Source: Pseudomonadota bacterium
GTDB taxonomy: Bacteria; Pseudomonadota; Gammaproteobacteria; Xanthomonadales; Rhodanobacteraceae
Length of the DNA: 64,000 bases
Direction: 5' to 3'
NCBI GenBank assembly: GCA_021805685.1
Contig: JAJZET010000140.1
Location: forward strand, 1,923 to 65,922
Shown here: piece by piece, positions 31,388 to 41,024 of the stretch
Position numbering within the stretch: the stretch's first letter is position 1
Layout of the letters: every line of letters begins with the position of its first letter
Made by a program: the position numbers and the translations under genes
Notes under the pieces: generated by a model
The model's input: only the letters and a program-made list of their open reading frames with translations
Database searches by the model: none
Told to the model about the DNA's origin: nothing

Positions 31388-31846
31388 ATGCAGGAGGAAT
31401 CGAAGCGCGGCCAGGATCGCGCGACGGCGCCGGAGCCCCCGGCGCCGTCCTCGTCTCTGCTCGATGAACTGAACCGGCTCGTGCACGCGGTGCGGCGACT
31501 GTTCGGCGCCCAGCTGCACCTGCTCGCCGCCGAACTGGGGCTGGCGCGCAGCGCGGTGTCGTGGCTGCTGGTGGCCGCGCTGGCCGCCACCGTGGCCGGC
31601 GTCGCGCTGGGCCTGACCCTGCTCGGCCTGGTCGGCGCGCTGCTGGCGTCGTGGTTCCATTCATGGATCTGGGCGCTGCTGGCGCTGGCCCTGTTGCAGG
31701 TGTTGCTGCTGGCGGGTGCCATCGCGCTGTTCCGTCGCTGCATGCACTGGATGAGCCTGCCCGCCACGCGTCACGAATGGAGTGCGATGATGCGCGACAC
31801 GCTGCAGCGCGCGAAGCGCGAGGGCGCAAACGAGGACGAACCATGA
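31388..31846 (+). CDS. YqjE-like (holin superfamily) membrane protein
   Basis: QLHLLAAEL, two TM helices, LPATR; follows the DUF883 gene. Confidence 0.7.
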   Translation: MQEESKRGQDRATAPEPPAPSSSLLDELNRLVHAVRRLFGAQLHLLAAELGLARSAVSWLLVAALAATVAGVALGLTLLGLVGALLASWFHSWIWALLALALLQVLLLAGAIALFRRCMHWMSLPATRHEWSAMMRDTLQRAKREGANEDEP

Positions 31847-32139
31847 GCCTGCCCAGGCAAATCGACAAGGTGCGCGCGGCGCAGGCGCGGGTGGCCGCGC
31901 AACGCGCCGAACTAGCCGTGCCGGCGGCGGCGCTGCTGGCGCGCGGGCGCCGGCATCCATGGCTGATGCTGGCCGCGGCGGGCGGCGCCGGGTTCGTGCT
32001 GGGCAGCGTCGATGCCTCGCCGCTGCGCATGCCGGGGCTCGCCACGCTGCTGCGCGGCGGCCTAGCCGACCTGCTGGCGCAGGGCGTGCGCCTGTTCGCC
32101 GGAGTGGACGCCAGCGCCGCCGACGACGGATCCGCATGA
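31843..32139 (+). CDS. YqjK-like hypothetical protein
   Basis: ATGA overlaps with both neighbours; HPWLMLAAAGGAGFVLG. Confidence 0.6.
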   Translation: MSLPRQIDKVRAAQARVAAQRAELAVPAAALLARGRRHPWLMLAAAGGAGFVLGSVDASPLRMPGLATLLRGGLADLLAQGVRLFAGVDASAADDGSA

Positions 32140-33257
32140 GCGAGCCCGGATCCGCAACCGAGGCAGCGGACGCCATCGCGACGACGCCGGGCAGCTTCGC
32201 GCGGCGGAACGTGCGCGGCATGCGGCGCCATCTGCGCGCGATCCGCGTGCTGCTCAACACGATCCTGCTGCTGGCGCTGCTATACACCGTGACGCTGTGC
32301 AAGGCGCTGCTGATCCCGCTGGTGCTGGCCGCCTTCATCGGCCTGGCGCTGAACCCCATCGTGGCCGGCGCGGCACGCCACGGCCTGCCGCGCTGGCTGG
32401 GCGCCAGCGTGCTGATGCTGGTGCTGGTCGGCGGCATCGGCACCGGCATCGGCCTGCTTACGCCGCCGGCGCTGGCCTGGTTCCACGAGGCGCCGCGCAC
32501 CATCCGCAGCTTCGTGCCCAAGCTCGAGCACATCACCCGGCCGCTGGATGCCGCCAACCGTGCCACTCAGACCCTGGTCAACGGTCATCCCGTGTGGACA
32601 CGGCCGCAGCCGGTCGACGTGGCGGTGAGCGCATGGGACGTGGCGTCCACCGCGCCCAAGGTGCTGGCGGCGGTGCTCACCGAGGTGCTGTTGGTGTTCT
32701 TCTTCCTGGTCTACGGCGACCTGCTGCTGCGCCGGCTGGTGGAGATCACGCCCGGCTTCAGCCAAAAACGGCAGGCGGTATCGGTGGTGCGCGGCATCCA
32801 GCAGGAGGTATCGCGCTTCATCCTCACCACGCTGCTGATCAATTTCTCGCTGGGCGCGCTCACCGCGGGCCTGCTGTGGCTGCTGCGCATGCCCGATCCG
32901 TTGCTGTGGGGCGCGGTGGCGATGTCCGCCAACTTCATCCCCTACGTCGGCGCCATCGTCACCACCGGCGTGCTGCTGCTGGTGGGCCTGGCGCATTTCG
33001 ACGACCTCACCCACGCCTTGCTGCCCGCGCTGTGCTTCGCCGCGCTCACTGCGTTCGAGGGCAACGTCGTGACGCCGCTGATCCTCGGCCGCCGCATGCG
33101 GCTCAGCCCCATCGCCATCCTGATCTGGCTGCTGGTCTGGGGCTGGCTGTGGGGCATCCCCGGCGCGCTGCTCGCGGTGCCCACGCTCACCAGCGTCAAG
33201 TTGATCGCCGAGCACGTGCGTGGCTGGCAGTGGTTCGCGCACATGGTGCAGCGGTAG
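32136..33257 (+). CDS. AI-2E family transporter
   Basis: NFIPYVG, EGNVVTPLILGRRMRLSP, WGWLWGIPGALLAVP. Confidence 0.9.
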   Translation: MSEPGSATEAADAIATTPGSFARRNVRGMRRHLRAIRVLLNTILLLALLYTVTLCKALLIPLVLAAFIGLALNPIVAGAARHGLPRWLGASVLMLVLVGGIGTGIGLLTPPALAWFHEAPRTIRSFVPKLEHITRPLDAANRATQTLVNGHPVWTRPQPVDVAVSAWDVASTAPKVLAAVLTEVLLVFFFLVYGDLLLRRLVEITPGFSQKRQAVSVVRGIQQEVSRFILTTLLINFSLGALTAGLLWLLRMPDPLLWGAVAMSANFIPYVGAIVTTGVLLLVGLAHFDDLTHALLPALCFAALTAFEGNVVTPLILGRRMRLSPIAILIWLLVWGWLWGIPGALLAVPTLTSVKLIAEHVRGWQWFAHMVQR

Positions 33258-33264
33258 TCGATTA

Positions 33265-33535
33265 CCGCTGGCGCGCGTGCTGGCGGCGCAGCCTTGGGGA
33301 CGCAGCCGAAGAGGTGGTCGACGGCATCGGGCGGCAAGCCGACCACGTCGTTGCCGATCCGCTCCGCGGCCTGCCTGCCCTTGGCGAGGTCGCGCGCGTC
33401 AGGCAGCACGCTGTAGCCACGCGCGGCGGGCTGCCGCGCCACCTCAAAGCCCGGCCCGCGGTTCGCGCCGCTGACCAGGGCCACGCGATGCACAGGCGAC
33501 ACCGTCGTGGACGCCTGCCTGCGCGCCGTGCTCAT
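33265..33535 (-). pseudogene. Short-chain dehydrogenase/reductase remnant
   Basis: VALVSGANRGPGFEVARQ...ARDLAKG Rossmann start; ATG overlaps the OMF stop; then decays, GCVPKAAP resembles an eroded YxxSKAA. Confidence 0.7.
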
Positions 33536-35133
33536 GGCACGGCGGCCACCGGAGTGGCGACCGGCGCGCAATGCACGTCGTCGCCGCAGGCCTGCCAGCC
33601 GCCGCCGAGCGCCTTGTAGAGCGCCACCGCGCGGGTGTCGATGGCGGCCTGGCCCTGCGCCAGCGCATCGTCCGCGGCGAGCTGCACGCGCTGCGCGTCG
33701 AGCAGTTCGAGGTAGCCGGTGGCGCCTTGTTCGTAGCGCACCTTGGCCAGCTTGGCGGCGCAGCGGCTCTGTCGCGCCTGCGCGCGCAGCTTTTCGACAC
33801 GCTCGTGCTGCAGGTTGTAGCCGACCACGGCGTTGTCCACGTCCTCCACCGCTTCCAGCACGGTGCGCTGGTAGTTGGCCTGCGCGGCATCGGCGCGCGC
33901 TTCCGCAGCGTGCAGTTCGCTGCGCACGCGCTGCACGTTGAGGCCGTTCCAGGTGATGCTGGGCGCGATCGACCAGGCGCGGGTGGACGGACTGCCGAAG
34001 TCGTTGCTGCGCCCGGCGAGGAAGCCGAGGAAGCCGCCCAGCGCGAGGTGCGGGAAGAAATCCGCCTTGGCCACGCCGATGCGCGCGTTGGCAGCGGCGT
34101 ACTCGCGTTCGGCGATGCGCACGTCAGGGCGGCGCGCCAGCACGTCACCGGCGGCGCCGATCGGCAACACGGCGTCGATCGGCTTGAACGTCCGTGGCGA
34201 GACATCGACGTCCAGCGCGCCGGGCTGTTCGCCCAGCAGTACGGCGAGCCGGTACGCGTCGGCGTGCGCCTGCATGTCGAGCAGGGGCAGTTGCGCCTGC
34301 GTCGCGCTGAGCTGCGCCTCGGCGCTGGCCACGTCCTGGTCCGAGGCGGTGCCCACCTCGGCGCGGGCGCGGATCAGCTTCAGCGTGTCCTGCTGGTTGG
34401 CGATGTCGCGCCTGGCGATGTCCAGCCGCTGCTGCACGCCACGCAGGTCGAAGTAGTTGCGTGCCACCTCGGCGAACAGGCTCACCTGCGCGTCCTGCAG
34501 GGCGGCCTCGCTGGCGCCGAGATCGGCGCGCGCCGCCTCCACCGAACGGCGCACGCCGCCGAACACGTCGATCTCCCAGCTGGCGTCGAAGCCCGCCTGG
34601 TAGGCGTTCACCGTGTTGCGCTGGGCGCTGAAACCGGGCGACTGCTCGCGACTGCGGCTGTACGAGGCGGCGGCCTGCACATCGGGCAGGTAGTGCGATT
34701 TCGCGCCGCCGAGCAGGGCACGCGATTCGGCGAGGCGCGCCACCGCGATGCGCAGGTCGAGGTTGTTCGCCGCCGCGCGCTGGATCAGCGCATCCAGAGT
34801 GGGGTCGCCGAACTGCTTCCACCACGCGGCCTGGAACTGCGCGGCGCTTTCGCGCGCCGCGTCCACGCCCTGCAGTTGCGGCGTCGGCGTGGCCGGCTTG
34901 CGGTAGTCCGGCCCCACGCTGGCGCAACCGGCCAGCACCAGCGCGGCGAACAGGGCGGTCACTTTGCCCGTCATGCCTGCGTACGCGGAGAGCCGCCTTG
35001 GATGGCTGTGGCTTTGGGGAGCGAGGAAAGCAGGCATCCCGTGCCTTTGGGGGCGCGAAGTCACTGGATCCCGGCTTACGCCGGGATGACGAGCAAGAGC
35101 GGATTGCTGCGTATCAACGATGTTCGATTTCAT
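33532..35133 (-). CDS. RND efflux outer-membrane factor lipoprotein (NodT/OprM family)
   Basis: Lipobox LAGC, WWKQFGDPTL, SWEIDVFG, RRPDVRIAE, LYKALGGGW. Confidence 0.92.
   Translation of the reverse strand: MKSNIVDTQQSALARHPGVSRDPVTSRPQRHGMPAFLAPQSHSHPRRLSAYAGMTGKVTALFAALVLAGCASVGPDYRKPATPTPQLQGVDAARESAAQFQAAWWKQFGDPTLDALIQRAAANNLDLRIAVARLAESRALLGGAKSHYLPDVQAAASYSRSREQSPGFSAQRNTVNAYQAGFDASWEIDVFGGVRRSVEAARADLGASEAALQDAQVSLFAEVARNYFDLRGVQQRLDIARRDIANQQDTLKLIRARAEVGTASDQDVASAEAQLSATQAQLPLLDMQAHADAYRLAVLLGEQPGALDVDVSPRTFKPIDAVLPIGAAGDVLARRPDVRIAEREYAAANARIGVAKADFFPHLALGGFLGFLAGRSNDFGSPSTRAWSIAPSITWNGLNVQRVRSELHAAEARADAAQANYQRTVLEAVEDVDNAVVGYNLQHERVEKLRAQARQSRCAAKLAKVRYEQGATGYLELLDAQRVQLAADDALAQGQAAIDTRAVALYKALGGGWQACGDDVHCAPVATPVAAVP
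34969..35091. repeat. REP-like doublet lying in frame inside the OMF ORF 5' end
   Basis: CGTCATGCCTGCGTACGCGG (34969-) and CTGGATCCCGGCTTACGCCGGGATGACG (35064-35091); 123 bp. Confidence 0.8.
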
Positions 35134-35134
35134 A

Positions 35135-38100
35135 TCAATGGCCCTCCAGCACCGGCAGTGCGTCCGCCTGCGCGCGCTTGCGCGCTTCGCGGCGTTCCAC
35201 CAGGGCGCGAATCACGACGTAGAACAGCGGGGTATAGATCAGCCCGAACAGGGTGACGCCGAGCATGCCGGAGAACACCGCCACGCCCATCGCGTGGCGC
35301 ATCTCGGCGCCGGCGCCGTGCGAGGTCACCAGCGGCACCACGCCCATGATGAAGGCGATCGAGGTCATCAGGATCGGGCGCAGTCGCAGCTTGGCCGCCT
35401 CCAGCACCGCCTCGTGGCGGCTCATGCCTTCGAGCTGGCGTTCACGGGCGAACTCCACGATCAGGATGGCGTTCTTGCAGGCCAGGCCCACCAGCACGAT
35501 CAAGCCGATCTGGGTGAAGATGTTGTTGTCGCCGCCCGACAGCCACACGCCGGCGATCGCGGACAGCAGCACCATCGGCACGATCAGGATCACCGCCAGC
35601 GGCAGCGACCAGCTCTCGTACAGCGAGGACAGCACCAGGAACACCAGCAGCACGCACAGCGGGAACACCAGCACCGCGGTGTTGCCGGCGAGGATCTGCT
35701 GGTAGGTGAGGTCGGTCCATTCGAAGCTCATGCCGTTCGGCAACACCTGGCGCGCCAGCTTCTCCATCTCGGCCTGCGCCTGTCCCGAGCTGTAGCCCGG
35801 CGCCGGGCCGCCGTTGATCTCGGCGGTGGGGTAGCCGTTGTAGTGCATCACGCGGTCCGGGCCGGCGCCGTGCCGCACGGTGACGAAGGAGCCCAGCGGC
35901 ACCATTTCGCCCTTGGCGTTGCGCGTCTTCAGCTGGCTGATGTCCGCCAGGTCGCGGCGGAACTGCGGCTCGGCGGAAAGGTTCACCTGGTAGGTGCGGC
36001 CGAAGCGGTTGAAGTCGTTGACGTAGAGCGAGCCCAGGTAGGCCTGCATGGTCTGGTACACGTCGCTCAGGTTGATGCCCTCGGCCTTGGCTTTCTCGCG
36101 ATCCACGTTGACGTCCACCTGCGGCACGTTCACCTGGAAGCTGGAGAACAGCCCGGCCAGCGCGGGATCCTTGCGGCTCGCCGCGATCAGGTTCTGCGTC
36201 TGCTTGTACAGCTCGTCGAAGCCGAGCTGGCCGCGGTCCTCGACCTGCATGCGGAAACCGCCGATCGTGCCCAGGCCCATCACCGGCGGCGGCGGGAAGA
36301 TCGCGATGTAGGCGTCCTGGATGGCGGCGAACTTCGCGTTCAGCGCAGCGGCGATCGCGCCGGCGGAAAGATCCGCGCTGCGACGCTCCCCGAACGGCTT
36401 CAGCGTGACGAACACGATGCCGGCATTGGTCGAGTTGGTGAAGCCGTTCACCGACAGGCCGGGGAAGGCCACCGCACTCTGCACACCCGGCTGCTTCAGC
36501 GCGATCGCGCTCATCCGCTTGATCACGCTTTCGGTGCGATCCAGCGAGGCGGCGTCGGGCAGCTGCGCGAACGACACCAGGTACTGCTTGTCCTGCGTGG
36601 GCACGAAACCGGTGGGCACGTGCCAGAAGCCGAACGCGGTGAGCCCGATCAGCGCCGCGTACACCACCAGGGCGGCCGGACCCTTGCCCTGCAGCTTGCG
36701 CGTGCCTGCCACATAGCGCTCCGCACCGCGGTGGAACAGGCGGTTGAACGGACGGAACAGCCAGCCGAACAGGCGGTCGATGGCGCGGGTGAGGCGATCC
36801 TTCGGCGCGCCGTGCGGCAGCAGCAGGATCGCCGCCAGCGCCGGGCTCAGGGTCAGCGAATTGAACGCCGAGATCACCGTGGAGATTGCGATGGTCAGCG
36901 CGAACTGGCGGTAGAACTCGCCGGTGAGGCCGCTGATGAAGGCGGTGGGGATGAACACCGCACACAGCACCAGCGCAGTGGCCACGATCGGCCCGGTGAC
37001 CTCGTGCATCGCCTTGCGCGTGGCCTCCTTCGGCGACTGCCCCAGCTCGATGTGGCGCTCCACGTTCTCCACCACCACGATGGCGTCGTCCACCACGATG
37101 CCGATCGCCAGCACCATGCCGAACAGGCTCAGCGCGTTGAGCGAGAAGCCCACCACGTACATCACCGCGAAGGTGCCGATCAGCGACACCGGCACCGCGA
37201 TCAGCGGGATGACCGAGGCACGCCAGGTCTGCAGGAACAGGATCACCACCAGCACCACCAGCAGGATCGCCTCCAGCAGGGTGTGTGCCACCGCCTCGAT
37301 CGAGCCGCGCACGAACACGGTGGGGTCGTAGACGATGTGGTAGTCGACGCCCTGCGGGAACGACTTCTTCAGCCGCGCCATGGTCGCGCGCACCTCGTCG
37401 GAGATCTGGATGGCGTTGGAGCCGGGTCGCGCGAAGATCGGCAGCGCCACCGCCGGCTGGTTGTCCAGCAGGCTGCGCAGCGCGTACTGGTTGGAGCCCA
37501 GTTCCACGCGTGCCACGTCGCCCAGGTGCACGACGGCACCGTCGGGATCGGCGCGCAGCACGATGTTGCGGAAGTCGTCGACGGTGCTGAGCCGGCCCTG
37601 GGTGTTGATGTTGAGCTGGAAGTCGGCGTTGCCGTGCACCGGCGGCGCGTTCAGCGCGCCGGCCGCCACCTGCACGTTCTGCTCGCGGATCGCGTTCGCC
37701 ACGTCGCCGGTGGTGAGGCCGCGCTGGGCCAGCTTGTCCGGGTTGAGCCACACGCGCATGGAGTATTCGCCCGCGCCGAACACCTGCACGTCGCCCACGC
37801 CGTTCAGGCGGCTGAGTACGTCCTTCACGTGCAGCCGCGCGTAGTTCGACAGGTACAGCATGTCGTAGCGTTTGTCGGGCGAGGTGAGGTGCACCACCAT
37901 GGTCAGGTCGGGCGAGCTCTTCTGGGTGGTCACGCCGAGCCGCTGCACCTCTTGGGGCAGCCGCGGCAGCGCCTGCGCCACGCGGTTCTGCACCTCCACC
38001 TGCGCATTGCTGAGGTCGGTGCCCAGGGCGAAGGTGACGGTGAGCGTCATCACGCCGTCGCTGGTGGCCTGCGAGGAGGTGTAGAGCATGCCTTGCACGC

Positions 38101-38320
38101 CGTTGATCTGTTCCTCCAGCGGCGTGGCGACGGTTTCGGCGATCACCTTGGGGTTGGCGCCGGGGTAGCTGGCACGCACCACCACGGTCGGCGGCACCAC
38201 TTCGGGGTATTCGCTGATCGGCAGGTGGAACACCGCGATGCTGCCGGTGATCACGAACAGCAGCGATAGCACGGCGGCCATGATCGGCCGGTCGACGAAA
38301 AACTGGGCGATGTTTTTCAT
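35135..38320 (-). CDS. RND efflux permease (HAE1; MexF/OqxB-like)
   Basis: LPISEYPEVVPP, AIGIVVDDAIVVVENVER, KNAILIVEFA, RLRPILMTS. Confidence 0.95.
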   Translation of the reverse strand: MKNIAQFFVDRPIMAAVLSLLFVITGSIAVFHLPISEYPEVVPPTVVVRASYPGANPKVIAETVATPLEEQINGVQGMLYTSSQATSDGVMTLTVTFALGTDLSNAQVEVQNRVAQALPRLPQEVQRLGVTTQKSSPDLTMVVHLTSPDKRYDMLYLSNYARLHVKDVLSRLNGVGDVQVFGAGEYSMRVWLNPDKLAQRGLTTGDVANAIREQNVQVAAGALNAPPVHGNADFQLNINTQGRLSTVDDFRNIVLRADPDGAVVHLGDVARVELGSNQYALRSLLDNQPAVALPIFARPGSNAIQISDEVRATMARLKKSFPQGVDYHIVYDPTVFVRGSIEAVAHTLLEAILLVVLVVILFLQTWRASVIPLIAVPVSLIGTFAVMYVVGFSLNALSLFGMVLAIGIVVDDAIVVVENVERHIELGQSPKEATRKAMHEVTGPIVATALVLCAVFIPTAFISGLTGEFYRQFALTIAISTVISAFNSLTLSPALAAILLLPHGAPKDRLTRAIDRLFGWLFRPFNRLFHRGAERYVAGTRKLQGKGPAALVVYAALIGLTAFGFWHVPTGFVPTQDKQYLVSFAQLPDAASLDRTESVIKRMSAIALKQPGVQSAVAFPGLSVNGFTNSTNAGIVFVTLKPFGERRSADLSAGAIAAALNAKFAAIQDAYIAIFPPPPVMGLGTIGGFRMQVEDRGQLGFDELYKQTQNLIAASRKDPALAGLFSSFQVNVPQVDVNVDREKAKAEGINLSDVYQTMQAYLGSLYVNDFNRFGRTYQVNLSAEPQFRRDLADISQLKTRNAKGEMVPLGSFVTVRHGAGPDRVMHYNGYPTAEINGGPAPGYSSGQAQAEMEKLARQVLPNGMSFEWTDLTYQQILAGNTAVLVFPLCVLLVFLVLSSLYESWSLPLAVILIVPMVLLSAIAGVWLSGGDNNIFTQIGLIVLVGLACKNAILIVEFARERQLEGMSRHEAVLEAAKLRLRPILMTSIAFIMGVVPLVTSHGAGAEMRHAMGVAVFSGMLGVTLFGLIYTPLFYVVIRALVERREARKRAQADALPVLEGH

Positions 38321-38350
38321 GGGATTACCTTATGGTCACGCCGAGCGGGT

Positions 38351-38471
38351 CCCTCCTCCTCCCATGGGGAGAAGGTGCCTGCAGGGCGGATGAGGGTTCG
38401 GTATGGCTTCGAGGGCGCGCGCTGGCCGTAGCCTCAGCCGCCTGCCGGCACCCTCTCCCGGGGGGAGAGGG
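38351..38471. repeat. CCCTCTCCC...GGGAGAGGG-type palindromic doublet overlapping the MFP 3' end
   Basis: CTCCTCCCATGGGGAGAAGGTGCC...GCGGATGAGGG and inverted CCTCAGCCGCC...GGCACCCTCTCCCGGGGGGAGAGGG. Confidence 0.7.
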
Positions 38472-39717
38472 ATGCAACGGGTGAGGTCGCGGCGTGCCCG
38501 GCTTGTGCGGTGTCGGCGTCGGGCGAGGCGGGAGCAGATGCCTCCACCAGCGCCTTGTCCCGTGCGTCGAGGCGGTAGTCCATCGCCACCTGTTGCGCGT
38601 TCACCTCGGCGCCGGGGCGCACGCGCTGCAGGCCGTTCACCACCACCACGTCGCCGGGCTGCAGGCCGCTGTCGATCACGCGCAGGCCGTGGTACAGCGC
38701 ACCGGTGGTGACCTTGCGGTACTGCACCTTGTGCTGGGCGTCGACCACGTAGACGAACTGGTTGCCGAGATCGGTGCCCACCGCGCGATCGTCGATCAGC
38801 AGGCGAGGCCGCGGCTGGCCGCTCTGCAGGCGGATGCGCGCGTACAGGCCCGGGGTGTACAGGCCGTCCCGGTTGTCGAACACCGCGCGCAACCTCATGG
38901 TGCCGGAGTCGGTATGCAGCTGGTTGTCGACGAAGTCGAGGCGGCCGGCATGCGGATAGCCGCTTTCGTCGGCCAGCTCCATCGCGGCCTCGATGCGCGG
39001 GGGCTTGCCGTCGTGCGCGGCCCTGGCGCGCAGGCGGTCCAGCTTCAGCCAGGTGTGCTCATCCACGTCGAAGTACACGTAGACCGGGTTCACCGACACC
39101 ACGCTGGTCAGCACGTCGCCGCTGCCGACCAGGTTGCCCGGCGTGATGCGCACGTTGCTGACGCGGCCGTCGATGGGCGAGCGCACCTCGGTGTAACCGA
39201 GGTTGAGCTTGGCCGTAGCCAGCGCGGCATTCGCCGCGGCCAGCGTCGCGCTGGCGCTCTGCGCGGCAGTGGCAAGGCGGTCGGCCTCCTGCTGCGAGAT
39301 AGCGCGCTGGTCGAGCAGGCGGCGCGCACGCTGGGCATTGGCTTCGGCCAGCGCCTGTTCGGCGAACGCCTGGGTGCGCATGGCGGTGAGCCGGTCCACC
39401 TCGGCCTGGAACGGACGCGGATCGATGCGGAACAGCACGTCGCCCTTGTGCACCAGGGCGCCTTCCTTGAACGCCACGGATTCCACGTAGCCACCCACCC
39501 GCGGGCGCAGCTCCACGCTGTCGACCGCCTGCACGCGTCCGGTGAAATCGGCACGGTTGCTGACCGGGCGCAGCAGGGCGCGGGCCACGGTCACTTCCGG
39601 CAAGGCACTGCCGGCGCCGACGGTCTGGGCGTGGCTGCCGCCGTGCCCGCCGAGCAAGGCCCAGCAACCGCCAATGGTCACGACCACCAGGCCGGACAGG
39701 ATCAGGTTCTTCTTCAT
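38434..39717 (-). CDS. RND efflux membrane fusion protein (MexE-like)
   Basis: VELRPRVGGY, LFRIDPRPF, VRSPIDGRVS, GRLDFVDN; GGGAG RBS before MKKNL. Confidence 0.93.
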   Translation of the reverse strand: MKKNLILSGLVVVTIGGCWALLGGHGGSHAQTVGAGSALPEVTVARALLRPVSNRADFTGRVQAVDSVELRPRVGGYVESVAFKEGALVHKGDVLFRIDPRPFQAEVDRLTAMRTQAFAEQALAEANAQRARRLLDQRAISQQEADRLATAAQSASATLAAANAALATAKLNLGYTEVRSPIDGRVSNVRITPGNLVGSGDVLTSVVSVNPVYVYFDVDEHTWLKLDRLRARAAHDGKPPRIEAAMELADESGYPHAGRLDFVDNQLHTDSGTMRLRAVFDNRDGLYTPGLYARIRLQSGQPRPRLLIDDRAVGTDLGNQFVYVVDAQHKVQYRKVTTGALYHGLRVIDSGLQPGDVVVVNGLQRVRPGAEVNAQQVAMDYRLDARDKALVEASAPASPDADTAQAGHAATSPVASLSPRERVPAGG

Positions 39718-39860
39718 GTTCACGCTCCCTGAGAGGGTGTCGTGCGGCGTTGCAGCACGATGGGGAGGCGAATAATAGGTGTACCGTTCGGTACAGAAAA
39801 CCCGCAATTTGTGAACTCCACTAGTGACGCGTAGTCATGAATGACGGCACAATGACCAGC

Positions 39861-40811
39861 ATGGAAGATTTCTCCGCAATAACCAGCTTTGTCCGCGTGG
39901 TGGAGGCCCGCAGCTTCGCGGCCGCGGCCGTGCAGCTGGGCATGACCCCGTCCGGGGTGAGCCGCGCGGTGTCGCGGCTGGAAGAACAGATCGGCGTACG
40001 CCTGCTGTTCCGCAGCACGCGCGCACTTAGGCTCACCGACGACGGCGAGTCGTTCTATCAGCGCTGCAGGGCGATCCTGGCCGACCTCGGCGAGGCGGTG
40101 GACGCACTGAACTACGCGCGCACCAAGCCCAGCGGCAAGTTGCGCGTGGCCGTGAACGTCTCGGTGGGCCGCGCCGCGCTGATCCCCAACCTGGCGGAAT
40201 TCGAGGAGCGCTACCCCGACATCCGGCTGGAGCTGTCGATGAGCGACCGCAACATCGGCCTGATCGAGGAAGGCATCGATTGCGCAATCCGCATGGGCGA
40301 GCTGGAGGACTCCAACCTGATCGCGCGCAAGCTGGGCTACTTCAGCAACGTGCTGTGCGCGGCGCCCGCCTACCTCGCCAAGTACGGCACGCCGGCCACC
40401 ATCGACGAGCTGAAGCAGCATCGCTGCATCAACTATGTCTATCCCACCAACGGCCGTGCCTACCAGTGGCAGTTCGACACCCCGGACGGCCGCATCGCGC
40501 TGGACGTGGATGCACACCTGCTGATCAACGACGGCGAGTCGGTGATCCAGGCGGCGATGGCGGGCCTCGGCATCATCCAGGTGCCGCACTGGCTGGCGGC
40601 CAGCGCGATCGGCTACGGCAAGCTGAAGGTGATCATGGAGGACACCATCTCCACCGGCTCGCCGGTGTGGCTGGTCTACCCGCAGAAGAAGCACCTCTCC
40701 GCCCGCGTGCAGGCTTTCCTGGAGTGGGTGCAGGAGCTGTTCGAGCGCACCAACCTGCCGGCCTGCAAGCTGATGATGGCGCCCTCGGCGAAGGCCCGGC
40801 TGCCGGCCTGA
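39861..40811 (+). CDS. LysR-family transcriptional regulator (CrgA-like), divergent from the efflux operon
   Basis: FVRVVEARSFAAAA...SGVSRAVSRLEEQIGVRLLFRSTR HTH; start could be 39837-39861. Confidence 0.93.
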   Translation: MEDFSAITSFVRVVEARSFAAAAVQLGMTPSGVSRAVSRLEEQIGVRLLFRSTRALRLTDDGESFYQRCRAILADLGEAVDALNYARTKPSGKLRVAVNVSVGRAALIPNLAEFEERYPDIRLELSMSDRNIGLIEEGIDCAIRMGELEDSNLIARKLGYFSNVLCAAPAYLAKYGTPATIDELKQHRCINYVYPTNGRAYQWQFDTPDGRIALDVDAHLLINDGESVIQAAMAGLGIIQVPHWLAASAIGYGKLKVIMEDTISTGSPVWLVYPQKKHLSARVQAFLEWVQELFERTNLPACKLMMAPSAKARLPA

Positions 40812-40825
40812 GGCCACCGCCGGCA

Positions 40826-40933
40826 TGGACCGGCATGGTGCAGCATTTTCCCTTCGGTAGTGCGACGCGGCTTCCGCTTCGCCTGTCGATGCGCGGCATA
40901 TTGCACCGCACAAGGCTTGGCCCGCGTCTTGCT
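40826..40933 (+). promoter_or_regulatory. Putative NtrC site plus sigma54 promoter upstream of the TorF-type porin
   Basis: TGGACCGGCATGGTGCA (40826-42); TTGGCCCGCGTCTTGCT with GG-N10-GC (40919-40932). Confidence 0.7.
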
Positions 40934-41024
40934 GAGGCCTGCGTGCCGGGGCGGAAAACCCTCAAGCGGCACCACTTCCGCCAGCGCCCACAAGGCGTTT
41001 GCCGCACCGCGGAGAGCCCTCCTG

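Noticed and set aside
31388-31846. Holin-family membrane protein as a prophage sign
   Set aside because: Context is the chromosomal DUF1328-DUF883-YqjE-YqjK stress cluster; no phage genes nearby.
35120-38269. Very long alternative-frame and antisense ORFs (e.g. 35120-38269 +, 6148-9117 -, 60396-63860 -, 41823-44075 -)
   Set aside because: Shadow ORFs expected from high GC3 codon bias opposite real genes; no recognisable motifs.
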